The notes below the pieces were generated by a model. That model had not been told where the DNA came from and ran no database searches. It saw only the letters and a list, made by a program, of their open reading frames with translations. From the IMG/VR virus record IMGVR_UViG_3300045988_179268, positions 96,001-160,000 of that record: a DNA stretch of 64,000 bases. The stretch is one strand, 5' to 3'. Source of the stretch: a virus. The position numbers and the translations under genes were made by a program. Each line of letters opens with the position of its first letter. Position 1 is the first letter of the stretch. Of this stretch, positions 1 through 10,182 are shown piece after piece.

Positions 1-1
1 C

Positions 2-1015
2 CTCCCCACACGACTGTACGGAGGAATTACTGAGACAGAAGGCTTTCAGCTTGCACCCCTTCGCCCAGTAGCAAACCTCACACTCAAAGACGCAAACAAC
101 CTCTACAAACCAATTCAAGAAGCACTAGCAGGTATTGGTATCGTCACCACCGGACGCGACGGAAGAATTGTAGTACGCGCCGCAACTCCTGAGCCTGCAT
201 ACAGCATCATGAAGGAAATTGCCGAAAACAATAACGCACCCGAACCAGTTAGGGTTGCATACCCCGTTTTTCGACGCGAAAGCACCGATGTACCCCAAGA
301 CTTCTACAGTGGGCTCATCGAATTTTACGGAATGTTCGTACAAGGACTCATTTCACCCAGCCACCGCGAAACAGTAAACGTCCTGCTCGGCAAAAGCCCC
401 GAAGAGCAAGCCGCATACTATGTTGGAATTGCCGCCGAAGGATACTCCAAATACAGCGAATCAGGCGGCGTGCCCTACGCGGCATACCTAGCGTCATCAG
501 CGCCTAACTGGGTAAATGACCTTCCTACACACATCCTCGGTGCGCCCCTGGCAAACTTTCAACGTAACCGTAAACGCGCAATCAAGGAACTCAACCAAAA
601 ATACGGCAACCCCCAAGGACACAGGTACACGGATGAAGAGCTTGCTCAGCAGATGAACATGCCGCTGGCTGAATATCTCAGCCATAAAGAATCCAATGAA
701 AATTGGGTTAAAATGCGTACCGTGGAAGAACTAACGTGGAAAGATAATGGGCAGGAACGTATTACCCACCACCTTGACCCGTCCAAAAACCATGTGCGTG
801 ACATGGACGCGGCAACCGACATGCTTCTAGCCATCCTAGATACTGGTATCGACCTAAATGATGTAGCCACCACCGAAGAATGCCTCCTCGCACTAACAAG
901 GAACGGCGGAGCCACAGCCGACCTTATTGAGCTACGAGACATTCCAAACTCATACAAGGGTAAGCTGGTGGAAAACTACAAGGAACGCCGCAAACAGACC
1001 CTAGAAGAAGAGTGA
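2..1015 (+). CDS. hypothetical protein, probably 5'-truncated by the window edge
   Basis: The frame of tracked ORF 209-1015 stays stop-free upstream to nt 2 (..GFQLAPLRPVANLTLKDANNLYKPIQEALAGIGIVTTGRDGRIVV..). The gene therefore likely starts outside the window. No nameable motif. Confidence 0.5.
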   Translation, partial: LPTRLYGGITETEGFQLAPLRPVANLTLKDANNLYKPIQEALAGIGIVTTGRDGRIVVRAATPEPAYSIMKEIAENNNAPEPVRVAYPVFRRESTDVPQDFYSGLIEFYGMFVQGLISPSHRETVNVLLGKSPEEQAAYYVGIAAEGYSKYSESGGVPYAAYLASSAPNWVNDLPTHILGAPLANFQRNRKRAIKELNQKYGNPQGHRYTDEELAQQMNMPLAEYLSHKESNENWVKMRTVEELTWKDNGQERITHHLDPSKNHVRDMDAATDMLLAILDTGIDLNDVATTEECLLALTRNGGATADLIELRDIPNSYKGKLVENYKERRKQTLEEE

Positions 1016-1018
1016 CCC

Positions 1019-1345
1019 ATGCAAGCCCAAAAAGATGAGTATCCTCAAATCACATACCGAAGAATGGGGAAAATAGCTTTAACAGCCGTCACAATACTAG
1101 CCGTCACGCCTTTCGTCGTTACAGCTATCGTCTTAACAATTGCACAGCGTTACGAATCACTGCGCGACAGCGGACTCCTAGCCATGTCAGCATCATACGA
1201 TGCCGACCCGACACGTTTGCCCCTGCAAGAGGTATATGACGCAAGGTATGGCATAATAGGTATAGTATTCCTGTTATGCTGGATACTGATACCTGTTATC
1301 ACCACCTTGTCCACCAACCCTACACCTAAAAAGGAAATAAAATAA
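1019..1345 (+). CDS. small membrane protein (2 predicted TM helices)
   Basis: 108-aa ORF packed 3 nt after the previous stop. Hydrophobic helices IALTAVTILAVTPFVVTAIVLTIA and IIGIVFLLCWILIPVITTL. Confidence 0.5.
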   Translation: MQAQKDEYPQITYRRMGKIALTAVTILAVTPFVVTAIVLTIAQRYESLRDSGLLAMSASYDADPTRLPLQEVYDARYGIIGIVFLLCWILIPVITTLSTNPTPKKEIK

Positions 1346-2043
1346 TGGCTAAGACTAATGAACCTGACACACACGTTACACCCGTGGAAGTAGTGAAGCC
1401 ACCACTTATTCGAACAATCGGATTCCTCCTACTTGCCTTCATCCTTGGAGCAACAACCCTGGCTGGTCTTGCATATGGTGGTGTATTGCCAGCCCCACAG
1501 CAGAGCAACAACAACAGCCAAGTAACGACGCAGACCATCGTCCGAACACTAACTGGCAATGACGCAAACACCGACAAGATTGAAGCAACAAACCAGCTGA
1601 CTGAAATCCTTAAGGCTATTGCGGCATCCCCTGACCCCAACGCCATTGGTGCAGAGGTTGCAGAAGGGAACTACGAGCATGTGCCAGAAATTCTTAAAAA
1701 CTCTGTCGTCTACGGCAATGAGGAAAGCCGCCGGGCAACAATGGTTGCAGTTATTTACCTTGCCGCCGGGCTAGGTAACACCCTTGGTGGGGCTGACAAT
1801 ATTAAGCCTATCAGTGAGCAGGCAGTTATCAACTCGGTTGAGGCAATCACCAGCACTGGAACTGTACACATCCCGCAGGCAATCTACACAAAGACCAATG
1901 TCCCTGTCACTGTAACCATGCAATATGACGGTGAAACGAAGAAATGGATGATTGACGGAAATGGTCTTGTGAACATGACGCTCACTGTGGCTCTGTACCA
2001 GACCGCCGCGTCCGCAACTGCATCCGCTACACCAACCCCCTAA
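1345..2043 (+). CDS. membrane-anchored protein with extracytoplasmic domain
   Basis: The ATG overlaps the previous stop (TAATG 1343-1347). N-terminal anchor IRTIGFLLLAFILGATTLAGLAY, then a soluble domain. Confidence 0.55.
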   Translation: MAKTNEPDTHVTPVEVVKPPLIRTIGFLLLAFILGATTLAGLAYGGVLPAPQQSNNNSQVTTQTIVRTLTGNDANTDKIEATNQLTEILKAIAASPDPNAIGAEVAEGNYEHVPEILKNSVVYGNEESRRATMVAVIYLAAGLGNTLGGADNIKPISEQAVINSVEAITSTGTVHIPQAIYTKTNVPVTVTMQYDGETKKWMIDGNGLVNMTLTVALYQTAASATASATPTP

Positions 2044-2059
2044 ATAAAGTATTTAAATA

Positions 2060-2100
2060 TACCCCTTGTGCGGTACAATAAACAGTACCGGCAAGGGGTA
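2060..2100 (+). terminator. hairpin after 1345..2043, with an embedded TACAAT -10-like hexamer (2074-2079)
   Basis: taccccttg (2060-2068) pairs with caaggggta (2092-2100). Inner pair cggtac/gtaccg. Weak U-tract. Confidence 0.4.
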
Positions 2101-2138
2101 TATCTACGCCCACAACACGACCTGAGGAGTCTGAAAGA

Positions 2139-4409
2139 ATGAGCGCACTGACCATCAAAACCGTGGAAATCCACAATTTCCGCACCCACAAGAAACTTAC
2201 AGAGTCATTCCCCGAAAGCGCCATCACTCACATCACCGGAGGAAACGGCGCAGGCAAATCAAGTATCGTGAACGCAATCCCCTGGGCACTCTTCGGCACC
2301 CGACCAGCAGGAGTCACAAAAAACCTAGACCTGCGCCGCGAAGGAACCCCGAAAACAACCTCAACCACAGTCAAAGTAACGTACAGTGTAGACAATGAAA
2401 CCTACCTAGCAACACGAACTATGAACCACAGGGGTACAACTCAGGTAACATTAGAGAAAATCGCCCCTGATGGTAATGCTCACCACCTAGCAGGTCCAGC
2501 AGTAGGTGACGGAACAAAAGCTATCATCCGAACTCTCGGAATGGGTGAAGACATCTTCATGAACACCGTCTTCTTCCGCCAAAAAGAAACTGATAGGTTC
2601 ATCAACTCCAAGCCCGAAGTGCGCCGCGACATCATCGAACAGCTGACCGGCATCACCGCCAACTCTCAGGCACTAGAAGAATGTGGCATCCACCGCCGCA
2701 TCAACAAGCGAGAGCTGGATAACAAAACGGTGGATAGGGCAGGAATTGAATCCCACCGTAAGACAGTTGCCACACTATCCGAGCAAGAACGCAAACTCGC
2801 AGAAACACTCGAAGCACAGCGCGACACCTACAGGAAACTTACAGCCGAAAAGAAAATCCTCACAGCACAAGCAAAAGAGACTCGCCAGAATTATCTCACT
2901 CTAACCACTGCAAAAAGCAACCTTGAGAACTGCGAACAGCGCCTCAAGGATGCTAAAGCACGCCTCAAAGAGGCTCAGGAAGCCGCTGAGAGGATTGAAA
3001 CTCGAATCACTAACGGGGAAGGCGTAGCCCTAGATTTTACCCTTGTAGAAGCCGCCTACCAGCAGAAGCTTGAATCACTGCAAGAAGCACGTGTTACGCA
3101 GACAACACTAGAGAACAGCATCTCCCAGCTGACTGAAACCATTAAACAGGGTGAATCGAAGCTTGCCTCAAAAGAAAACCCGTACTCTACATTGGAGGAA
3201 GCGGAATCATCTTATAAAGGAAGTGAAGCGCAAGAGCTAGAACTACATGAAGCCTTGCGTTCACTTAACGAACGTATAAGTATCATTACCCAGGTTAAGC
3301 TTCCCGAAGCTGAGCACAGCTACAACGAAATTGCTAATCTGAGCGGCACATGCCCTACATGCCAGCAAATCATCGCGAACAAAGAGTCCGTGTTAAAGCC
3401 TCTCGGTGAGACTATCTCAGCGCTAAAAGAGGAGCTAACGAAGAAAACGGAGATGCACTCCTCTGCCACAGAAAAGCTGGCAGAGGCGAGGAATGTTTCG
3501 ACAGTAGCTTCTAGCATTATCGAAGCCTACCAATCGGTAGATGAAGCAACCGCGAGCCTTAAGGACGTTAAGAGAAAACTCACAACAGCGAAAAGGAAGT
3601 ACAAAAAAGCGGAGGAAGAGTATAATTCAGCACTCAACGTCTATAACGACGTGAAAGAAATTGAAAACCTCACCCGCGAACTTGAAACTCAGAACCAGGT
3701 AAAGCAAACCGCATTATCAACCATCGCGTCCCTTAACGACGAAATTACCAGAGTGAAAGAGGTTATCAAATCCACCCCAAACGTCACTGAACACGCTGTC
3801 AAAACAGTAGAAGGTAAGCTTGCAACACTGGATGAAAAAATTGCGCAGAACACCACTAGCGGGCATAGCACTAGCGCTGAACATTCGAAAGTGGCGACCG
3901 AACATGCGGCACTCGCAACACGTCTCAAGCAAGAGGAAGCAGACGCAGAAGCATACGCATCTCTTCTCCAGGAAAAAGAAAGCATCCACTATGCCGAAGC
4001 CACGCTAAAAGAGTTCCGCAAAGCTGTCGCGGCGACAACAATCCCACGCCTAACACAGTTTGCGTCCGAACTTATTGCTGGATTCACTAATGGCGCAATT
4101 ATCGGAATCACCATCACTGAGGACTTCAACATTCTCGCACACTTTGCAACAGGCGAAACCCGCGAAGTTCAGCTACTCTCAGGTGGAGAACTTTCTGCCG
4201 TATCATTAGCTATCGGACTTGGCATCGCTAAAGTATTTGGTGGAACTACCAGCGCCCTAATCCTTGATGAGGCATTCACCGCCTACGACCCAAGGAACAT
4301 GGATTCTACCATCAAAACTATCCGTAGTATCATGAACGCCCAGCAGATTATCATCATTGCTCACAATGACACGGTGGAAGCAGTTGCGGATTACCGAGTG
4401 GAACTCTGA
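2139..4409 (+). CDS. SbcC/Rad50-family SMC-like ATPase with coiled coil and CxxC hook
   Basis: Walker A GGNGAGKSS near the N-terminus. Long heptad-like coiled coil with central CPTC (3351-3362). C-terminal signature LSGGELSAVSLA and Walker B LILDEAF. Confidence 0.85.
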   Translation: MSALTIKTVEIHNFRTHKKLTESFPESAITHITGGNGAGKSSIVNAIPWALFGTRPAGVTKNLDLRREGTPKTTSTTVKVTYSVDNETYLATRTMNHRGTTQVTLEKIAPDGNAHHLAGPAVGDGTKAIIRTLGMGEDIFMNTVFFRQKETDRFINSKPEVRRDIIEQLTGITANSQALEECGIHRRINKRELDNKTVDRAGIESHRKTVATLSEQERKLAETLEAQRDTYRKLTAEKKILTAQAKETRQNYLTLTTAKSNLENCEQRLKDAKARLKEAQEAAERIETRITNGEGVALDFTLVEAAYQQKLESLQEARVTQTTLENSISQLTETIKQGESKLASKENPYSTLEEAESSYKGSEAQELELHEALRSLNERISIITQVKLPEAEHSYNEIANLSGTCPTCQQIIANKESVLKPLGETISALKEELTKKTEMHSSATEKLAEARNVSTVASSIIEAYQSVDEATASLKDVKRKLTTAKRKYKKAEEEYNSALNVYNDVKEIENLTRELETQNQVKQTALSTIASLNDEITRVKEVIKSTPNVTEHAVKTVEGKLATLDEKIAQNTTSGHSTSAEHSKVATEHAALATRLKQEEADAEAYASLLQEKESIHYAEATLKEFRKAVAATTIPRLTQFASELIAGFTNGAIIGITITEDFNILAHFATGETREVQLLSGGELSAVSLAIGLGIAKVFGGTTSALILDEAFTAYDPRNMDSTIKTIRSIMNAQQIIIIAHNDTVEAVADYRVEL

Positions 4410-4597
4410 TATAATAAAAGCATAAAGGAATGAACCCAAGAACGGCTCATCAGATACAAGCAGGGAAGTTGCCAACCAAGCCCCGAAGGGACACCTGAAT
4501 GGTACACTGGGGAATAGAAGCAATAACAACAGCAACAACCTGCTAAGCACTAAGAGCACTCGGCAAAGCTGAATATGGGTCATAACCGAAACACCCG

Positions 4598-4630
4598 AGG
4601 GGCGTACAAGTTACTATCTTGTACGCCCCT
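4598..4630. terminator. 13-bp perfect hairpin in the 328-bp gap after the SbcC-like gene
   Basis: aggggcgtacaag / cttgtacgcccct with a 7-nt loop. No U-tract on the plus strand. Confidence 0.4.
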
Positions 4631-4737
4631 TAAAACATGCCTCAGCCAAAAAGACACACAAAACCACCTTGAACATATAACATGCACCACACTAAAATAT
4701 AACCTGTCACAACCACCAAACATTAAATGAGGCACAA

Positions 4738-5328
4738 ATGGCAACAACGCTAACCCTCCCAATCACACCAATCAAACAAACCATTGACGAAATCTTCGAT
4801 GAAAAGTTTTCCCGCCACAAAGAAAACATCTACCACCTAATCCCGCCACCCCACAAAAGCGATGACCCGCGCCACGACCAAATCTTACGCACAAAAGCAA
4901 TCAAGAAAAACGCGCTAACGCAAGCAGTAGAAGCCCTACGAATCTACAGCAACGACCCAGACCTCACTGCTACCAGCAAAAAGGTTTACATCTCAATCGA
5001 AACCGAGAAACCAGTCGGTACGCAAGATGCTAGTGGGCAACCAGCACCACTCGCATTACCTGGGCTAGAAGAACCAACCTACGAGAATGACAGCCCTCAC
5101 TACATTGTGCATAACCGCACGGAGTGGAAGAAGCTAACGAGGGGGCAGTGGCTCCACTGGAACCATAACACTCTTAACCTCACGGAGAAGAAGCCTGAAC
5201 GCGGCAAAAAATTCATCACACCAGCTGAAAACATTGAACAATTCATAGCCAGTAGAGTCGATGATGCCATTGACTGCGCCATCAAGTACGGGATAACCTC
5301 GTACAAGATTCTCGACCAGAACAACTAG
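4738..5328 (+). CDS. hypothetical protein
   Basis: 196-aa ORF co-oriented with its neighbours. Only nested antisense ORFs compete. No recognisable motif. Confidence 0.5.
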   Translation: MATTLTLPITPIKQTIDEIFDEKFSRHKENIYHLIPPPHKSDDPRHDQILRTKAIKKNALTQAVEALRIYSNDPDLTATSKKVYISIETEKPVGTQDASGQPAPLALPGLEEPTYENDSPHYIVHNRTEWKKLTRGQWLHWNHNTLNLTEKKPERGKKFITPAENIEQFIASRVDDAIDCAIKYGITSYKILDQNN

Positions 5329-5349
5329 GGAAGGAAGGTCTAATCTTCT

Positions 5350-5991
5350 ATGCCACGCAAACGAAACCCCTACGGGTACACTGTTGTCGAGAACGCCATC
5401 CTCAATAACCGTCATAGATGGGAGCCGGAAGCGCCACAGATGGAAGTCCCGCTAGGTGTTCAAAAGATGAACAGTACACAACGCGGAGAATACTACCGTA
5501 TCAAGCATGACGACCTCATGAAAGCCGCCGCAAAGGAAGCCAGCCGCGTAGCCGGAGTGAGTACGGAAGACGCAATCAACGCGATTAGCGCATACAGGAA
5601 CGTGGCTACGGCGCTACTTGCAAACGGCATCAGCGTAGACATGCTAGGAATGGTGGATATACACCGAAGCGAAAGCAAGCATAAACGCCTGACCACAAAA
5701 ATTAAACCCTGGCTATCTGGATTAATTAAACTGGCAGATGAACGACCAGACCTCACATTTACCGCGAACAACTGGTACACTCAGCTTTTTGAATATGGGT
5801 CACATATTCGAAAGACTCCAGGTTGGGACTATAAACGTTATGATGAAGAGCGTGAAGCAGGTAAGAAGCACCGCCGAAATGCACGCACCTACGCAGATGC
5901 GCTACGCGACCTAAAAACAGGCGCGCCTGTGCCAGACACGGCAATGATTCGCCGCCAATCTGAGGCGCAGAGGAAACGTTCTGCTATATAA
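5350..5991 (+). CDS. hypothetical basic protein
   Basis: 213-aa ORF with K/R-rich termini. No recognisable motif. Confidence 0.5.
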   Translation: MPRKRNPYGYTVVENAILNNRHRWEPEAPQMEVPLGVQKMNSTQRGEYYRIKHDDLMKAAAKEASRVAGVSTEDAINAISAYRNVATALLANGISVDMLGMVDIHRSESKHKRLTTKIKPWLSGLIKLADERPDLTFTANNWYTQLFEYGSHIRKTPGWDYKRYDEEREAGKKHRRNARTYADALRDLKTGAPVPDTAMIRRQSEAQRKRSAI

Positions 5992-6052
5992 GACATGGTT
6001 AGTTCCCTTTGGTGGGTAGGGCGGGCTTTAATAGTCTGGTTCTCCTAAATGG

Positions 6053-6090
6053 AAGGCGGCGCGCAGTATAGATGCGCGCCGCCTTTTCTG
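6053..6090 (+). terminator. rho-independent terminator
   Basis: GC-rich stem aaggcggcgcgc / gcgcgccgcctt followed by ttctgc. Confidence 0.7.
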
Positions 6091-6139
6091 CTATATACAA
6101 ACACAGCTGAAAATTTATAACTCACGGACAGATACGCGA

Positions 6140-9100
6140 ATGGCACGTACATATACAACATGGGGTAAAAGCCCTAACCTAACTCGACCAGCAAGCAACG
6201 GAAACCTCTTCATGAGACTCGTTGCTTCCATCATGCTTGCCCTCCTTATCGCCACCAGCTTCATGCCTGCAAGCGTGAACGTAGCCTTCGCGGACGACGG
6301 CGACAAGAAAACCGTAGAAAAACTTCAAGAAGCACAGAAACAACTAGGGGTAACCGAAAGTGGCGACAAGGGCTTCACTCAAGCTTTAGATAAAGCAAAA
6401 AAGGACGGGTCAAAAACGTCCTTCGCTAAAGTGCTAAACCGCGTACTTACCCCCTCGTATATTTATCAGCACCCAAAGTCAAGCACTGATGGCTATTATA
6501 AAGACAATAAGAAATGGTCATGCGACGCTAACGACCCCAATAAAGGTCTTCTCACATATCATAACTGCGACGTTCCTAACTATATTGCCGATTTGGGTCA
6601 AAATCTGTACAGCGCTGTAGCCCCCGGCGGTATCCAGCGTGGCGGCGCGGAATCTAACAAACTTGATATGCCCTGGCTAGGTCTGCCTACCGGGGTTAAA
6701 AGCGTGCCCGCAACTGCAAGTGCCCGCGTGGAAAAATACACCGCAATGGAGCTTTACGGATACAACCTTAGGGTAACCTACTACAACGGCGAGTTTGACC
6801 ATATTCAGGTGCAAACTGAGGCGCGCCTCATGGGTAATTTCGGTGCATCTCAAACCCTCGCGCTTGGTGTAAGCGCAATCTTTAACGGAGCAACCGAAGG
6901 CGCAAGCGGCGCTGTCCAGGCGTTCAAAGACGAATGGGCGAAAGGTAACCCATTCGGGTCTGTTGCCGCCGCGTTTACTGCTGGTGCCCAGACCTCTGCC
7001 GCCGCCGCAATCGACACTATCCTAGACACCTCAGACGCTAACGTCATGGCGACCCGTGGATACACGCGCGTAGGCATCAACAACACCCTTTACAATGCAC
7101 GCGCCGCAACTAACGCGGAGATGGAACAAGAAATTATCAACACCATCGCCGCCGCAATTGCAGGTAAAACACCCGAAGAAGTTCGCCTACCCGACGACCT
7201 GAAACAGCTTCAAACCCCACCAGCGCAACCCAGCGCAGGTGGCACAACCTGTATCGTCACTAACCCAGACGGAACCAAGAGCACCATCTCTAAACTGGCG
7301 GATGAAAATGCTTGTTCCGAAGCGGCAAAGACTGCCAACATGGAGAATCCTCAATACCAGTGGGACGCATCCGACAAGCAAGCTGAAAGCATTAAAGACT
7401 GGAAGGAGCACAACAAAGGCTGGTTTGAAGCGGCTCAAAAATACAACCTTACCTGTAATGTAGATGAGGACGAAGCGAAACGCGACGAAACCCTGTCCTC
7501 GTTCTACTCCTGCGTGCCCACAGCATACACTGCCGCCGTCCAAAAATACACGAAAGAAAAAGAAGGTGAAGCAGGCAAGAAGCTTGCCGAAACCCTCAAC
7601 CAGCCTGGTTTCTTCCAAGACTTCCTTAAGAAGAACCTAGCCGCAAACTTCAATAACCCTGCAAACCAGTACTATTGTTTAAATATTGACGGCACTGACA
7701 AGCTGGATGCAAACGGTAAGCCCATGAAGCTCTTCACGGCGAACGGTGCTTACAACCCAGACTGTACACCTACCCGCGCACCAATTAAAGGAGGTATCTA
7801 CGGTACGGGGGACGGGGCTATCACTGATACCCGCCGCGAACTTTATGATTCCAACTTAGCGTCCATGCTGTTCAGCTCTGATGGAGTTTTCACCGACTTC
7901 ACTAACGCAGGCATCATGTCTGCCGCCGCTGTAACCCGCTTCGCAAATGCCGCCCTTAACATCGGTATGTCACCACTTTTGCAGACCTTCGGAGTGGACA
8001 ACCTCATTGCTGAACTTATCACCCTGTTCACTAAGAGTGCCTTCTACCCCTTCGGCATCATCGCCGCGCTTATCGGTCTGCTACTTATCGTGCGTGAATC
8101 AATCACGAAGGGTAACCGTGGCATCAAGACATTAGCAATGTTTATCCTTGGACTGCTCGTCATCTCGACCACCGCAACCCTAACCCTCAACAAGCCCCAC
8201 GAAACCATTAAGTTTGTAGACAAGAGCGTAAATGTCCTCGACAGCTTCATCGCTGACGCACTTGTATCCAAGAGTATCGGTGATGAGATTTGTAGCGCCA
8301 CCGGAAATAGTGGCGTTATCAAATACGCTACAAAACGTACAGACTCAGACCCCGCAACTCGTACACTCATGTGTGAGGTCTGGCGAATGAACGTGCTCAC
8401 CCCTTGGAGCTACGCGCAATGGGGTACTGGGTATAATAACTTATACGCAGTGGATGCTAAACGCCCAACAACAGCGCACACCCTGACCAACACCAACAGT
8501 GCGCAGGTCAGCCGCGCGCCTGTCCAGATGGGTGCAGGCATCACTGTTAATAACTGGGCGTTGTATCAGCTGGACTTGATGAGTACGGGCACTACCACAG
8601 AGGATAACCCAAACCGCCCCGCCGGTATCACTAGCCGTGACATGTACCGTATCGTAGATGTCCAAGCTGGTCTTGATAACGGCGCAGGTACGGACTCACG
8701 CTATCTGCAACATTGGGCTGGGCGTGAAGCGATGAGCCGCGCGTCCGTAGGTGCCCTCGCGCCCGTTGCCGCCATTGTTACAGGGTTTGCTGTAGGGTAC
8801 TTTGCAGTCTACAAGGCAATCATCAAAGCCATGCTCCTGCTGATGCTTGTCTTCCTGCCGTTCATCCTCCTTATGGCGCTACTGGGCAAACGCACTAAGC
8901 AAGGTACCATGCGTTACGTAACGACCATCCTTGGATTGTATGCACAGTCGGCAATCTTGACGTTCCTTCTTTGCCTCATGTCAGTGCTACTCATCAATCT
9001 GACTAGCTCCGTCACGGCGTACATCTTCGTATTCATTGCTCAAACCTTGCTGTCGCTACTGCTACTGCTAGGCGCACGCAAGATTATGAAGAAGATTATG

Positions 9101-10162
9101 GGCGGTCACGGAATTGCCGGTACCATCAACATGACCGACAGCAAGCACATCCTGTCGAAGACGAAAGTCGGTAAGCAGGTTGTCAGGTTCTTTGAAACCG
9201 CTCCGGGTAAGGCTAAGCATAACTTCGCTAAGGGCTACGCTGAGAATGGTCTACGTGGTGGCATCACCGAAGCGGCAAAAACTGTCACTCAGCTACCCAC
9301 CATGAACCCCTACAACCGTAAGGGTGCAGTGCGAACTGTCCTTACTGCCCGCTCAACTGGTCTGGAAACTGCCCGCAAGAGCGTTCAAAACATGGACGGA
9401 TTCGATGAAGCAAAGAAAATTGCCCGCGACCTCAACGAAATTAACGCCGCTGAACACGGTGTTAAAGCCTCCGATACCAGCATTGACCGCCTCCGAAGCG
9501 CAAAGGACATCCGCGACGCAAAGAACATGGTCACTGCATTGCAGGAAGCTAAAGCTGAGGAGAAAGCCGCCGCTGAAAAAACCGTCCAGGAACGCTACGA
9601 AGCACAGAAGAACTATGTCGAACGGCTGGGCGGAACATGGCAGGCACCCGAAGGTAAGGAACATGAAGCTAACGTCCAATCCGCACTTGAAGAGCGTAAA
9701 CGTTCCAGTGAAGCCTCACACAGCATGGTTCAAGAAACCGTTGAGAAGCAGTCGGCACAATCCAGAACTCCGAAGGATGAGCGTTTTGACATTCAAAACG
9801 ACATCCGCGTCACCCCCGAAGAGAAAGCTATCCATAAGGTAGCTGGCAAGGAAAACACTCTAAGGTACGCCGCTAAATCTGTTGGGACTCGGGCGGCAAA
9901 CCGATTCCATGAGCGATTCCTCGACAATAGGAATACCGAACGGATAACCGAAGCTTTCCAGAGTGGCTACCTTAACGGGATGCCAGAAGAAGTCGAAAAC
10001 GCGCTAACTCTCACCGAGGAACAGCTGAATGACCGACCTCTGGAAGAGCTTGAGCGCATCCAAACCTGGCTCCGATACCATAAGACCAGCCAATCACCTG
10101 ATGAGCATAAGCGACTTCTTGAGGTACTGGAAAAGCTCATTAGCTATAAGAAGCGTAGGTAA
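6140..10162 (+). CDS. giant polytopic membrane protein; candidate mating-channel (VirB6/TrbL/PrgH-analogue) component
   Basis: 1340-aa ORF with a signal-like MRLVASIMLALLIATSFMPASVNVAFA. It has a large Cys-containing extracytoplasmic region, two clusters of TM helices (~aa 600-700 and 880-990) and a charged coiled-coil tail. The function is inferred only from architecture and from its position next to the M23 gene. Confidence 0.55.
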   Translation: MARTYTTWGKSPNLTRPASNGNLFMRLVASIMLALLIATSFMPASVNVAFADDGDKKTVEKLQEAQKQLGVTESGDKGFTQALDKAKKDGSKTSFAKVLNRVLTPSYIYQHPKSSTDGYYKDNKKWSCDANDPNKGLLTYHNCDVPNYIADLGQNLYSAVAPGGIQRGGAESNKLDMPWLGLPTGVKSVPATASARVEKYTAMELYGYNLRVTYYNGEFDHIQVQTEARLMGNFGASQTLALGVSAIFNGATEGASGAVQAFKDEWAKGNPFGSVAAAFTAGAQTSAAAAIDTILDTSDANVMATRGYTRVGINNTLYNARAATNAEMEQEIINTIAAAIAGKTPEEVRLPDDLKQLQTPPAQPSAGGTTCIVTNPDGTKSTISKLADENACSEAAKTANMENPQYQWDASDKQAESIKDWKEHNKGWFEAAQKYNLTCNVDEDEAKRDETLSSFYSCVPTAYTAAVQKYTKEKEGEAGKKLAETLNQPGFFQDFLKKNLAANFNNPANQYYCLNIDGTDKLDANGKPMKLFTANGAYNPDCTPTRAPIKGGIYGTGDGAITDTRRELYDSNLASMLFSSDGVFTDFTNAGIMSAAAVTRFANAALNIGMSPLLQTFGVDNLIAELITLFTKSAFYPFGIIAALIGLLLIVRESITKGNRGIKTLAMFILGLLVISTTATLTLNKPHETIKFVDKSVNVLDSFIADALVSKSIGDEICSATGNSGVIKYATKRTDSDPATRTLMCEVWRMNVLTPWSYAQWGTGYNNLYAVDAKRPTTAHTLTNTNSAQVSRAPVQMGAGITVNNWALYQLDLMSTGTTTEDNPNRPAGITSRDMYRIVDVQAGLDNGAGTDSRYLQHWAGREAMSRASVGALAPVAAIVTGFAVGYFAVYKAIIKAMLLLMLVFLPFILLMALLGKRTKQGTMRYVTTILGLYAQSAILTFLLCLMSVLLINLTSSVTAYIFVFIAQTLLSLLLLLGARKIMKKIMGGHGIAGTINMTDSKHILSKTKVGKQVVRFFETAPGKAKHNFAKGYAENGLRGGITEAAKTVTQLPTMNPYNRKGAVRTVLTARSTGLETARKSVQNMDGFDEAKKIARDLNEINAAEHGVKASDTSIDRLRSAKDIRDAKNMVTALQEAKAEEKAAAEKTVQERYEAQKNYVERLGGTWQAPEGKEHEANVQSALEERKRSSEASHSMVQETVEKQSAQSRTPKDERFDIQNDIRVTPEEKAIHKVAGKENTLRYAAKSVGTRAANRFHERFLDNRNTERITEAFQSGYLNGMPEEVENALTLTEEQLNDRPLEELERIQTWLRYHKTSQSPDEHKRLLEVLEKLISYKKRR

Positions 10163-10182
10163 AAAAGAAGGAAAATGACCTG

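Noticed and set aside
2-1015. Calling the first gene a sigma-70-family factor (ELAQQMNMPLAEYL resembles a region 3/4 context).
   Set aside because: The resemblance is to a short segment only. No region 2 (-10 recognition) motif is visible, and the gene is truncated by the window edge.
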